A DNA stretch of 64,000 nt from positions 20,076,754 through 20,140,753 of the forward strand of contig OZ316896.1 of NCBI GenBank assembly GCA_973895155.1. The letters run 5' to 3'. The notes below the pieces were generated by a model. The model was not told the DNA's origin. It ran no database searches and was given only the letters and a program-made list of their open reading frames with translations. The position numbers were made by a program, and so were the translations under genes. Below are positions 37,922 through 50,859 of this stretch, one piece after another. The first letter of the stretch is position 1. Each line of letters begins with the position of its first letter. This DNA comes from Marsupella aquatica (Eukaryota > Plantae > Marchantiophyta).

Positions 37922-40900
37922 TCAGTCGAGGTAGAGACCAAAGCCAATCTCTTTGGGGTCTTTATCTACCATCCACGGTGGTCTGCATCCAGTGAGCGGC
38001 ATTTCAGAACTTGCAGAAGACAGAAAGCAGCTGAATTGCTCCTTCGATAAAAGGAAGCCAATAATCTCAAGATTGACAAAGGAAGATACCTGTTCATGAC
38101 GAAGTTGAGAGTGCCCCGGCTGGCTCGCTCCAGCAGCTTCTCTCGAACATCAGGAGCAACGCCCCCATCCTTGCAAATTGTTCCAAAATTGTGGTCAAGA
38201 GCACACGAACTAGACCAACCAGTCAGAGCATGAAATGCGAGCTTCCAGATGCCTTAGTGCTGAAAGGGAATTTTCTAATAAATAAATCAGCTCGATGAAA
38301 ACGCTGCATGGACTTCTTAACCTCAATCCCCACCTTCTTATGGAATATTTGAAAACCCACTAACCTTCGGAAACGGATGCAAACAACTAAGAGGCTATTG
38401 TTTGCAACCAGTGGATTGCAACAAAGCAGTCCACACCCATTGGAGCTTAGTAATATACAATGAAAAGCTCCTCTATTTTCTCATTCGTTTGGGTGCTCTA
38501 ATCATTGCCAGAAGATGGTGGGGGCTGAGGGAACGCGCGATAAGAAGCCCAATGAAATCGTACCAATTGCCTTAAGAGATCAGACAACCGAAGGCCAAGT
38601 CCCACAGAGAACAATGAATCCTTATTATTCGTTTAAGTTGAGGTACTTTCGACCATAATCAAGGTATGCAGAATGCCGACTATGTTTGACAATATACATC
38701 TCGTCTACACTAAGGGCTGGTCGTGGGTGGTCCCAATGATGGCATCAGTGGCTTCAACGTTGAGTAAAACACAGAAAAAAGTTGCAGTTAAGAATGTTTT
38801 CCTTACCTCCTCAGGATACCAAACACCAGGTTTCGTGTTGCCTTCTAACACTACACTGACAAATGATGCAATTGATATGCCCACGCTCCTGAAACCAGAC
38901 ATGAACTTCATCACTGACAATTGCCATGTACAAATGCATAACAAAGCAGGTGCCAAACGTACCCTGCAAGGCTTCAATTAAGGAGCTTTCAAACGAGGGA
39001 CTTCAAGGCCCCGAAAAACAGACTGACATGGTTTTTTCCAGATCTTCAACAAATGACAGAATCTCATTCCAGAGAGAGACGAAGGGAAGGAGCAGGTATC
39101 TTACACAGAAAGCTTTTTGTGTGTAAAGAGACCAACAGATTTGCGACCATCAGTAAAATCTACATCAACCTGAGAGATGATCGTCAAACAAGGTCAACCG
39201 ACATAACACTTCCACAAGATGGTCCAATTGACTTCAAACTGGAAGGGGACAAGACAGAGGAAGTCAATTCCAGAAATGGCGGTGGCAAACATGAAAATTC
39301 AAGGATAGACGGTACCCGCATAGAAACCTTCTCCCCAACGATTCCGTCCACCGCCCGAACAAGTGGATCACTGAGCCGTACCAAAGAGTTCACCTTGTTC
39401 CTATCCTTCAGAAATTCCTGCACCGACATATGAAGGGAAAGGAATATACTGATCGTTCAAGTATAATGGATCTGTCGGTCAAACGCCTGTTAAAAGATGG
39501 AAATTAACATGTTTCAATGTCCACTGCCTCGGACAGGGGCCACGACTAACATTGCGCGGGTGATGGGGTGTCAAAGAAAGACGTACATCTAGAAAAAATA
39601 CTTGAAACATTCACGTTTGCCCAGGACATCTCTGCAAAGTCGGAATTATAATTTTGCTTAGTGCTGTTTTGTGGTGGGATCGCCTGGACATCTATTATGA
39701 GGAGTTTGTCAATTTGGCAATACAGACACAGCATGTAAGGGAATCCTCTATGTCTAAACAATTTTAAACAGCAAGGCCATCCACCACTGACGGGTTGCCA
39801 GTTTCTGTGGTCCAAATCTTGAAAGGAGTACTGGAACTCGGTTTCATAGATAAACATGGCAGTCACCAACTCTGCCATGAACCTGAACGCCCTTGCTGAG
39901 TTTGGTGCCAAATGAATTAATGATCCGTGGGGAGCGCAGTGTCCAAGCCCCGCTTACCATTGGCATGAGACTCTTCCTGCACTACTTTTGCCTATCGTTC
40001 TTCGGTTCACGCTCTTTTCACATGAAAAGGGGCAATCATAAGCACACATGAACGAAAGTCTTCCTAAAGCACTTACCGCAGGAACGAATGTTGCAACCGC
40101 AGACATTGCCCAATTCCAAATTGGAGGGTCCGTGCCAAAGCGAGCACTCACACTTGGTACTCCCAGAAATTCGTGAGTTGATGCCACTTCAGGTAAGTTT
40201 CTGTCACGCAAATGAAAGGCACATCCAGCAACAAGTAAGTTTCTCTAATTTACGCCTTGGCAATGTGGGCAGATTTACTTCAGGCTTGACACAGATGTTT
40301 TCACTCCTGCGGTTTGGTCTTCCCCATGGTGACCCACCCAGTCCTAACCTTACAACAAGATTTCCAAATTGAACTGGCAAGTTCGTGTGGTACGGATGGA
40401 AAGCCAAAGTTTAGCAAAAGAATACATTGACTAGGTAATTTTCAAAATCCACCACGCGAATTGGGCGTGTGGTACCAGTTGATATCGGGTATATTGATAG
40501 GGCCTTCCATCCAAGGATCCTTATTGGTGCCGCCAAAACTTTCCATATCTACTTGACTGGCCCCTCGTGTACCTAGAGCAGCCAAGAAGGATCTGAGCAG
40601 TACCTGAGCTCAGGCCCTGACGAGTCTCGTTCTTTGGCATGATTAAGGATCAAATGCTTCTCATAAACGTAGCGTGGAAATAATAGAAATAGAAAGACAT
40701 ACTTACAAGAGAAACACAGGTTTCTTGCCTACACCTTTCGCAAAATCAACCAAGCGTTCTCCGGTGTAGGGCTTCAATCGAAGAACTTCTCCTGTGAATC
40801 GGTTCCGCCAAAGTCAGCCATACAGGGCCGCAATCTCATTTCTCTGCCAGGTAGATTTAAATGAACTACTGCATATCGGTTTCCAACAATACTTGCTAGT

Positions 40901-43159
40901 TTTGCAGGGTAGACCATCACAATACCTTTCTGGTATACGTCAACTTCTTCACCCAGCAGAAGATAGCTTGTTGCCAGAATCGTGGGACCTGCCCCACCTG
41001 AGCCTGCTGTGTAATAGGAGTACCTGAATAAAACTGTCATTGGTGGACTTGAACAAGACAAATCGACCTGAAGATGAAAATTTTAAATTTGCCAATTTTC
41101 TAAATTGTGAAATGATCACTACGATCCAGAAAAAAGTTTCACCAGTAATCTTGATCAAGCAATTGAAGGGGACGTTCAGACAGTGTCTTGAAAGGGCATT
41201 CTATTCGGAACGGGTCACAGCCTATCACGCGAATATCGGGAATCAAAGGTCTTGCAGAGTGAGAAAGTCATGAAGTCCTTTCAACTGTTGCAAGGACTTC
41301 ACTCGGTCTGGAAGGCAAATTGTCAAAAAATCTATACTACTCAGTCGAGAGCGCTAATACTGAGAACAACCAAGCTACACCTACTGCTGCCTACGATTAT
41401 GAATTTTCAATGGCCCTCACAATCTTCTCAAATGAAGTAGTCTTCCTCTTTCATCAGCATTGCATGGCATTGAACAACATGTGAAGTCTGATTGAATTTA
41501 CCGAGTGATGGGAAAATTCTTAGACGCGACGCGAACACAAGACACTTAGAGGGAGGTACATGGCGAGGAAAAAAGAGTTTAAAGGAGCATACCGGACTCT
41601 CTCAGGTTGGCTTTCCGAAGAGGCTGCCTTATTCAAACGTATAAGCTCTGCTGCCATTACTGCAGATTCACAAGAGGATAAGTCGAAGAAAAAGCTCACA
41701 ATAGAGCAAAATCGTCTATTTATCACCAATTGAAGATCCACTGACTCTCGTGTGACTCAAGTTAAAACACACAACAGCAGTCACAAGAAGAACGACGTAC
41801 TATTGCTGACACCGGGATAAATTCCGGCAGTGGTAATAGCTGGGACACCAGCAGCCAATGCTTGTTGATGATAGGTCTTTGCAAGTTTGGAGTAGTCACT
41901 GTCATCACAGACATCGATGTAGGCAGTCTGTACGACCAGACCTGGCCGACAATGAGTGCAGTACAAAAGACAGCAAAAAAGAACAGCATCACAAAGTTGT
42001 ACCAATGCTATATAGAGGAAGAAGAAATATGCCCATGTTCGAAACCTATGCACACCTACAAAGGCGTATCAACTAAGGGAAACCATTTGAAAAACAGAAC
42101 CAATCTAGCTATCAACTGAGATTACAACCTTAGTAGCTATGGCGGCTTCCAAGACGGTACACTTAGTTGCCCTTTGAAACGGGCCTGCTGCGTGCACGAC
42201 CATATCCACCCCTGCAGCACAACAACTTATTGTTGAACAGAGGGCAGGATGGATGACAAGCGCCTTTTAGAGCATTTCCAGGATGCAACTGCCAGAAACT
42301 TCTCGCTTAACATCATTGAACTATGCTGCCGGTAACGAAATAGATTGATAATGGAAGATTGGCATTGAGTTCTTAACCATATTACCGTACAGAAACGATA
42401 TTAAACCAAGGCTTTAAAGACCCATCGTTACATTAATTTGTTCGCTAGCCTGACCATAGCCAAGTGTTAACGAAATACCGATGTATAAGTTAATTAGAAT
42501 TCACTAAAACCAACAAAATTCTCGAAAGTTCACTCAATTCGATTTTCCATTTCCCACTACTTTCCGTAACAGGCCAAGGATTGGCGTATACCATGTAGAG
42601 CTGATTTCAAGGACTCCACGTCTTCAATGTCAAATTGCAAAAAACTGGTTCCCTCACCAAGCTCCGCGGCCAGGGATTCACCCTTCTCTCTGGAAAAATT
42701 CCCCAGAAGTTTTTAAGATTAAAAAGAAAAAACCTCCGACAATTAGATTTCAGAACCAATGCGTTAATTCCTGTCCCAGTCCCTAGGCACCGTGTGAAGG
42801 AGGGATACAATGTCATCAAACAAATGTGATCTTACATCCTGTAAAAGATGTGATTCGTACCGATTACGGCCCCCTATCACGACCTGAACAGCCGGAGTGG
42901 CCTCCTTCAGAGCTCGGACTGTCGACCCACCAACACGCCCAGTTCCTCCCAGCACCAAGACAGTTGCTCTCTTCTGTTCCTTCTTCTGTTCCTCGTCTTT
43001 CAAGAGAACACCACTCTGTTGAGCTGCAGCACCATCGCTGCACCTCACAGACAGGCAAACTCGCCGTGTGGGCGATCTCCACAGCCCTTTCTGCCCAAGT
43101 TGCGCACCGCGAATGCTGCCGGCCCCCCAACCCTGCTCAAATCCCTTGAATTGCAGCAT
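37922..43159 (-). CDS. saccharopine dehydrogenase-family NAD(P)-dependent oxidoreductase, probably plastid-targeted (At1g50450-like), 13 exons, 456 aa
   Basis: Exons, all GT-AG and in frame (1371 nt total): 43159-42861, 42689-42592, 42211-42129, 41927-41801, 41659-41593, 41023-40926, 40791-40707, 40200-40077, 39417-39316, 39169-39105, 38888-38807, 38169-38090, 37982-37922. Motifs: Rossmann VLVLGGTGRVGGST, VVHAAGPF, YIDVCDD, GIYPGVSN, GSGGAGPT, PGVWYPEE. The N-terminus is transit-peptide-like. Confidence 0.93.
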
Positions 43160-43708
43160 TTCTTCCAAATTTGACACTCCAAACGAATGTTCCAACACAG
43201 ATCAATCCCGAGCTACATTTCTCCTACGCATTGCCTGAAGCGATTGTCCATCCATGGAGCTTGCTGAATCCCATTCTGAGCTCTAATCCTCCCTATTGAA
43301 TAAGCGACTACGAAACCGAATGTGTGAGGAGCATTTTTTGGGGTGGATTGCAAGAGCCATTGATGTCGGATCAGCTCTTTTAGTGAGAGAAGGTTTTGGG
43401 CTTTGCAAATGACTCACAGGATAGTGTTTCGCCACGTCTGCTCTGGGAGGAAGAGGAGGCCCCATCGTTCACCACGTATCGATTTCGTATGTGATATATG
43501 ATATGATAACAGGGGGTCTCAAACCTCACAATTTGATGGACTGGATTTGATGGACTGGACATTTTTAATGGAATAGTCTCAAACCTCAAAATTTGATGGA
43601 CAAATTTGATGGACCTTAATTGAGTAGTTAAGGTTAGGGACAACCTTTTAATTGAGTAGTCTCAAATCTTAAAATTTGATGACCCCATGGAAAGTTCCTG
43701 GCTTACAA

Positions 43709-43830
43709 AATTCTTGGATGCAAGTGTAATAAATAAGAACCTTTAGTTATACTAGAAGAACCAATTCTTGGATGCACTTGTACTAAACAAGAACCAATTC
43801 TTGGATGCACTTGTACTAAACAAGAACCTT
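43709..43830. repeat. 33-bp repeat, three copies
   Basis: AATTCTTGGATGCACTTGTACTAAACAAGAACC twice in exact tandem, plus one diverged upstream copy. Confidence 0.8.
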
Positions 43831-45117
43831 TAGATATACAAGACAGTTATACAGGAAGAACCAAATTTGATTATCTATGTTTGAGTCAAGACAAAGAAAA
43901 ACAGTTAGACGCCGTAAAACAATGACATACTGAAAAGTAACGTTTCAAATAAACAAATAAAATAGTAAAACAAGGGTGAAAGATAATAATCTTTGGATGA
44001 GTTATGATTAATATATCATTGAGTGGGCAAGGTTAAGGACACATGGACTATCAATTTCATGATCCATAACTTTTTGCCATAATATTTGTCATATTTCATG
44101 GCCATAATTCACTCTAGAGGCTAGTGCAAAGAAAAATCTGTGAAAAAACAATGGCCATTTATTTGTGGCCAAAAGCCTTCATTCTTATTTTAGCAGTGAT
44201 GGTAGTAACGTTTTTCACAGCCTTGACTAGAAGCTTTTCCATTTTCTTCCCCTAGTTTCTACATTAACTTAGTGTCATGGCATATGATAGTCTTACATGC
44301 GGTTATAGATTATGAATTTGGCAGGATGTATAAAAGTTTTTAATTTTTGTGGGCTACTTTCTACATTGATTTATTCTCATGGCATATGATATTCTTGCGA
44401 AAAATTATAGATTTAGAATTTTGTAGTCCATAATCTTTATGTCTGTAACCTTAACCTAGTAGTTAAGGGACATCAGGTTTTGAGATCTGAGACTAAGGTA
44501 CAGTTTACATAGAGAGGCAGCTTGAGGCTAGGAATACTATGAGAGTACCTGAAAAAACCAAAATGAGTTACCAGTCTAACCCTAAGATAGGTTATTTTCT
44601 AGTCATCAGTGTAAATGATACAATTGCTCGTACAGTTGAGGCAAATGTACAAGTTTGGGATGATGTCATCTGGGTTTCTAAAGTCTACCCAGATAGATAT
44701 CCTTACTAACGCCAGATGCTGTGCGTTTTTTTGTTCCCATATGAGCTTCAGCTGGGTGCCTTCTGTAATCAAAGGTCCATCTTGAACACAAAAGTTGCAA
44801 CCAGGATGGACTGAGCCCATGAACCATGCAACTCCCATGGACCATGACACTCTTTACACCTACACTTGTTGACTCCCTTCCCATTCCTAATCTAAGTGGA
44901 ATTGGGTGTTCTTGGGCTGGTTAGAAGTGATTTGGACAAATCTTTCCAATGAGTGTAATATCACTACTGTAGTTTGCATGAAGAATTGAGCAAGCGACGA
45001 ATTCCTAGTTTACAAGAATGTGTGTTTTCACAAAAACATTGATTTTAGTGTGTCATACCTAGTCTTGTTTGAGTTCCAAACCTCTCCACTCACATGTTAC
45101 TGTCACTCACATTATTT

Positions 45118-45906
45118 ATTCATTAAATTTCTAGTGTGTGTTCTCACAGGAATCATTGATTTTTAGTGTTATGTTAGTGTCTTCCATAATTACTGTAATT
45201 TTATTGTAAGTCCCAAATTTCCAAATATTACTGTTACTCACACTATTTTTGCTGTAACACTACCATCTTCTCCCAAACACAAAGCCCGGATGTTGTGTTG
45301 GAGTTGGACATTGTGTTTGAGTTTTGACCCAAAGCTGTTCTACATTGAACACAATCATGGTAAAAATTTCATGAACCATATGACAATGTCAACACTCAAA
45401 CACAAAACCAGTATTCAAACACAACACCCATTTTCGACCAGAATGCCCTTCAAGTACAACAAATAAAAGCACATGGTCAAAGCTCAGATACAATGCCCCG
45501 GGTGCACTTTTTGAATAGAGCACTCTAATATGGCCCACTATTTGAATACAAGGCCATGACATGTTGGGGTGGAAGAGAGTAGGCGGTAAATAGTGTAGAA
45601 ATCACTTCACTATGATTGGATAGTCTACATAAAGACGCAATGAAATAGCTCACTTCAGTCCCAATGAGAGGCACAAGAACTCTACAAACTCACTTCATTC
45701 CCAATGAATAGTGTGGGAGGTTTAGACCTCACTTCACCTCCTCCCACATTCCATTCATTCATTAAATTTCTAGTGTGTTTTTTTCACAGGATCGAAAGCA
45801 TTGGTTTTCATGTTATGTTATTGTCTTCCATAATTATTGTAGTGTTATTTAAGGTCCCAAATTTCCACAGATTACTGTAATCCACACTATTTTTGCAATA
45901 ACACTA
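45118..45906. repeat. ~145-bp direct repeats (45118-45262 and 45757-45906) enclosing a small foldback (45287-45430)
   Basis: TTCATTAAATTTCTAGTGTG...GTCTTCCATAATTA...CCCAAATTTCCA...CACACTATTTTTGC...TAACACTA occurs twice. TGTGTTTGAGT.TTGAC and GTCAACACTCAAACACA form an inverted pair. Confidence 0.7.
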
Positions 45907-47205
45907 ACTACAATAAATAGTGTAGAATTTACTTCACTCCGAATGAATAGTATACTGTAGAGCACAGCGACAGAACTCACTTCACCCAATGAATAGTCTA
46001 GAGGTGCAATGATCGAGAACTCACTTCACTCCTATTGAGAAGTCTGTAGGCACAAAGGACTCTAGAACTCCCTTCCCCCCCAATGAATAGTCTAGAGGTG
46101 CACCTATAGAACTCACTTCACTCCCACACTCCCAATGAATAGTGAGAGACTCTAGAACTCACTTCACTACCACACTCCCAATGAATTGTGAGAGACTCTA
46201 GAACTCACTTCACTCCCACACTCCCAATGAATAGTGAGAGGCCCTAGAACTCACTCCACTGCCAATGACCGGTCTAGTTGAGCAACTCTAGAACTCACTT
46301 CACTCCCACACTCCCAATTAATAGTGAGAGACTCTAGAACTCACCCCCCTCCCAATGAACAGTCTAGATGAGCAACTCTAGAACTCAATTCACTCCAACA
46401 CTCCCAATAAATTGTAAGAGACTCTAGAACTCACTCCCCTCCCAATGAGCAGTCTACTGTAGATGAGCAACTCTAGAACTCAATTCCCTCCCACACTCCC
46501 AATGAATTGTGAGAGACTCTACAGTAGAACTGACTGCAATACTGCACTCCCAAGGAATAGTCTAGAGGAGCAACTATAGAACTCACTTCACTCCCACACT
46601 CCCAATGAATAGTGAGCGACTCTAGAACTCACCCCACTCCCAATGAACAGTCTAGATGAGCAACTCTAGAACTCAATTCACTCCAACACTCTCAATAAAT
46701 TGTTAGAGATTCTAGAACTCACTCCACTCCCAACGAACAGTCTACTGTAGATGAGCAACTCTAGAACTCAATTCACTCCCACTCTCCCAATCAATTGTGA
46801 GAGACTCTAGATCCACTCCAGTACTGCACTCCCAAGGAATAGTCTAGAGGAGCAACTCTATAACTCACTTCACTCCCACACTCCCAATGAATAGTGAGAG
46901 ACTCTAGAACTCACCCCACTCCCAATGAACAGTCTAGATGAGCAACTCTAGAACTCAATTCAGTCCAACACTCCCAATAAATTGTGAGAGACTCTAGAAC
47001 TCACTCCCCTCCCAATGAACAGTCTACTGTAGATGAGCAACTCTAGAACTCACTTCACTCCCACACTCCCAATGAATTGTGAGAGACTCTAGAACTGACT
47101 GCAGTACTGCACTCCCAAGGAATAGTCTAGAGGAGCAACTCTATAACTCACGTCACTCCCACACTCCCACACTCCCACACCCCCAATGAGTAGTGAGAGA
47201 CTCTG
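45590..47205. repeat. tandem satellite of 44-57-bp monomers with a 6-mer higher-order repeat (~285 bp x3)
   Basis: Monomer CTCTAGAACTCACTTCACTCCCACACTCCCAATGAATAGTGAGAGA alternates with ...AACAGTCTAGATGAGCAA variants. HOR copies start near 46286, 46574 and 46856. Confidence 0.95.
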
Positions 47206-49453
47206 GGAGTAACTTCGCTCCAAAGGAATACTACAGTCTCGAGGCGCAACGGCTCAAAAATTTCTATAGAAAGGAATTCCCGCGGAAAGTGATGCCACAG
47301 AGTAGAGTCAGGACTGCTTGTTTGGCTCAATGCATCGCGAGCGGAATGTGTAATTTATGGTTCCACAAGAGAGTGAACTGCCGAGAGTATCATGGTGTTT
47401 CTCGAAGAGCCGCAGCGATGGAAGGACCTCGTAGCATTTCGAAATGGACTGCATGGGGTAGGGACTGGCGAGCTTTTGCAGCTTCTCTCTTCGTCATTTT
47501 ACTCTTTCTCATCGACCTTCTCCGAGCCTGATCGATAGCAGTCGGGCCTGCGTCGGGCGGCTTCTTCTTGAACACTACTACTGATTGTGAACACGGTGTG
47601 TCCCGGGTCAGTGGCCTCCTCTTCGTCGATGACCCACGTGAGCCTATGTCATGGGCTCTGCAAATCCGGTAAACATCCCAGAAGCCGTGGGTAAAGTTGC
47701 CGCTTCTTGGCGAAGAGGAGGACGTAGACTCGGGCCACACCGGGCTCACGATCATCACGTCTCCATCGAGTTCTGCGGAAGTGTCAATGACATTTCTAAG
47801 CAGATAAAATGCCTGTGCTTGTGATCGACCATGAGTATGCACTACCTCGGGGGCCCTGCCAGCTTTATGATCACGAGCGGAATGGGCGATCCACTTTTCA
47901 TGTTGACGAGCAGGTCGTGAACATGGAAACTGGATCGACCGCCCACTTAATAGGCACATCGATTGCCGGTGAAATGCTGTATGCAAGTTTACAGTGCGAT
48001 TTGATTACTTTTGAGTAGTGCTTGTTAGAGGCCTAGGCTTGTAGCTCTATTGGGACTCCAGATGCCTAACGCAGTGGCCCGTTGTGTCGGAGCATGGCAA
48101 ACAATTCTCACTCACATGTGTAAATGTTCTTCGCTCTCAAAGCGCGACATCACGAGCTGCAGCTGGAAGATGCCTTTCGTGTCCTCTCTTTTGTCTTGTC
48201 CCCTTTTTTGGACAAGCCTGACTTTTGACAGGGTTTAGGGTTTAAACTGGGAAGCAGTATTGACAGGGTAACCTCTTCTTGCTCCTAGCCGTCAACCCGC
48301 CCTTTGGGATGAAGGTGAACTCGTCTACTAACTTGGGTGTCATTTGTTCCTCGTCTTGGAACATTTTATTTCTAGTAAGAGAAGCAAAACTGCTCGGAAC
48401 CATTTTAACTTTGATACTCGCTGTCTGTGTACGGTTCCACCATGCATGTTTGGTGTGCCCTCCAACAGACCTATGAGCTACACGAAAGTTCAAAACGGAG
48501 TGTTCGATCTCAGAACACGAGTACATGACTTGGTCGCAAGTGTTTCTCATTTTTTAGCTTTACAATCAAGTGGAGCGTGGGTCTCGTGCCTGCTTTATTG
48601 ACGTATGTCTCATGTGTAGACCGGATCCTACCTACAGGTTCCCGTGTCACAGTCGCAAGGAATTTCCAGAATATTATGTGAAGGGTTTGAGGTGTACCAA
48701 GAAACACTACCTCTGGCTTTTGATTTGTGCAGATTAGGAAAGGACGGCTTGAGTGACTGTAGGCTTCATTACAATTTCAAGCTTCCCTGAGTTCCTGGGA
48801 CTCTTCTCTTCTACCGATATATCGTTTCTGATGCTAATCGATTGGTCGCGCCCCTCATCTCTTTATTGGTCTAAGTCTTAAAATGGTGATTGTTCCTCAG
48901 ACAGTCTGATAAATCGCCCACTCTTTGCCTAAAAATGATACGATATATGCCCAATTTAGTTAGGAGGATCACCAAGGATCCCGGAAATCATCGAACTGGT
49001 TACGGAGTAGAATAACAAGTGTTTTGCCTTGAATGTTCCAAAACAAAAAGTGGTCACACCTGGCAATAATCTCAAACGAAATTCTCACCCTAAAGCTCCC
49101 CGCCTCCCCCTCATCGGTAGATAATCGGCCACTACTGGTACCTCGCAGATCACTAAAGAAAGCTATATAAAGAGGCCCTAACAATAGATACGGTAAGTTT
49201 GCAGCGAGGTTCTGACAGGCGGCCCCAGTACTGCAGTGTACACCTGCAATAAACACTCACGCACTCGGAGATGTGTAAAGAAAGCTTTGTAAGGAGGCCC
49301 GAACAACAAGATTGTGTAGGCCTTTGTCCTTTAGCCCAGGTATGCACATCGAGGTTGTCTATGGTAACTGCCAAGTGCCAACTCTCATGGACTGAGTAAT
49401 AAGCACTCCATGGGCTGGATTTTGAATCTCATGGCGTTGAAGTATGTTCCGTC

Positions 49454-49504
49454 GATCCGCACTCAACACAGATCCGCACTTAACACAGATCCGCACTTAC
49501 ACAG
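49454..49504. repeat. 17-bp tandem repeat x3
   Basis: GATCCGCACT..ACACA-type unit three times. Confidence 0.85.
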
Positions 49505-49617
49505 TTGATTGAAGACCCGCGAGAGGCAGCCGTTCGCTTAGAGAGTCTATCGGGGAAAATCTCTCTCAAGCTCGGCCAAACGACTAACTCCTGCAATTTG
49601 AAAATCCTAAACTCATC

Positions 49618-49797
49618 GCCAATCGCTTTCGAGCATGGACCCACACCTCATATGTGCAAGCTCTACCAAAATACAAATGATCTGGTGAGAGATTGGGGAG
49701 AGACTCCGCCAAATCGCTTTCGAGCATGCACCCACACCTCATACGTGCAAGCTCTACCAAGATACAAATGATCTGGTGAGAGATTGGGGAGAGACTC
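49618..49797. repeat. ~91-bp tandem duplication
   Basis: AATCGCTTTCGAGCATG.ACCCACACCTCATA.GTGCAAGCTCTACCAA.ATACAAATGATCTGGTGAGAGATTGGGGAGAGACTC occurs twice. Confidence 0.9.
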
Positions 49798-50859
49798 ATT
49801 GGCCACGAGTGGAAGGACGAGTGGAAGGACTTCGGGGTTCCCCTATCAGACTTTGCCAATTGCGAAGTCTGAGCTGCGGGAGACCTCACATAGGCACCTA
49901 CGGGAGATAAAATCGCCCACTCTCTGATAGGACGAGACTACTGCCTGTAAATTGCCGCGACGTCATCTACAATTGCTTCTGCTGCTGCTGAAGCTTAGCA
50001 TGGTTTCCATGTTTACATCGTATTTGCAAATGCTTGCGTGGGCATCGGGAATTCCTCCCTCGAGTTATAATTAGGACGCAAGCGGGCTTATTTTTGGTTC
50101 GGAGCTTCAGTCTGGAGGATTACTGGGTGAAGTGGCTCATGGGAGTTACGGGACCATGCTGTTCAGGGCGAAACTGTGGCGTACACGCGTTGGTTAAGTG
50201 GTAGAAATGATCCCTCCTCAATCTCCGGGGGCTTCAAAAATAGAATCTTCACAAGTAAGCAGCACCAGAGACACACAGCACCCGCACTGACGCATACACG
50301 AGCCAGAAGAATGATTTTGACGAAGATAAGGAGATCGAGATCGGTTGTTACTTCTGCATTGAATCGCCCTAGGAGAAATTGAATCTCCGACTGTGGCTTT
50401 CAAGATGTCAGCATGAGAATTGAACAGGGGCATCGTTCGGTTTCGTCGACAGCTCTTGTTTGTGGGACTATCACAAGGGTGGTCGGAACCACAAATTAAA
50501 CAACCCGGATCTCATGTTGCACGATAGTTCATCTGCAATCTGGAGTGTAGAAACGTGTAGGAGTTGCTCCTCGAGGAATGCAAGTAGGTGCTGGAATAAG
50601 ACAATCAAAGCTGCGCATGCTGGTGGCCGGTCCAAAATTATACGGATGATTTTAGTCTTCCCTGAGGGAAACTGGCATGCGCGCACATCTGATCTCACGG
50701 AAAGCAACTCCTGCTCATCTGTCCCAAATATGCTTCTCGCTTTGGCTCCGTTGTGACTTACCTGAGCGCAAGAACTAGGCCCTATCAAATTGACGAGCTA
50801 TTTCAACTCGACCTTTTCTACTCTTTCTCAATCGTTTTTGTCGCAGTATCACGACCGCC

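Noticed and set aside
45910-47205. CRISPR-like regular repeat
   Set aside because: The intervening sequences are themselves repeats rather than unique spacers, there are no cas genes, and the context is eukaryotic.
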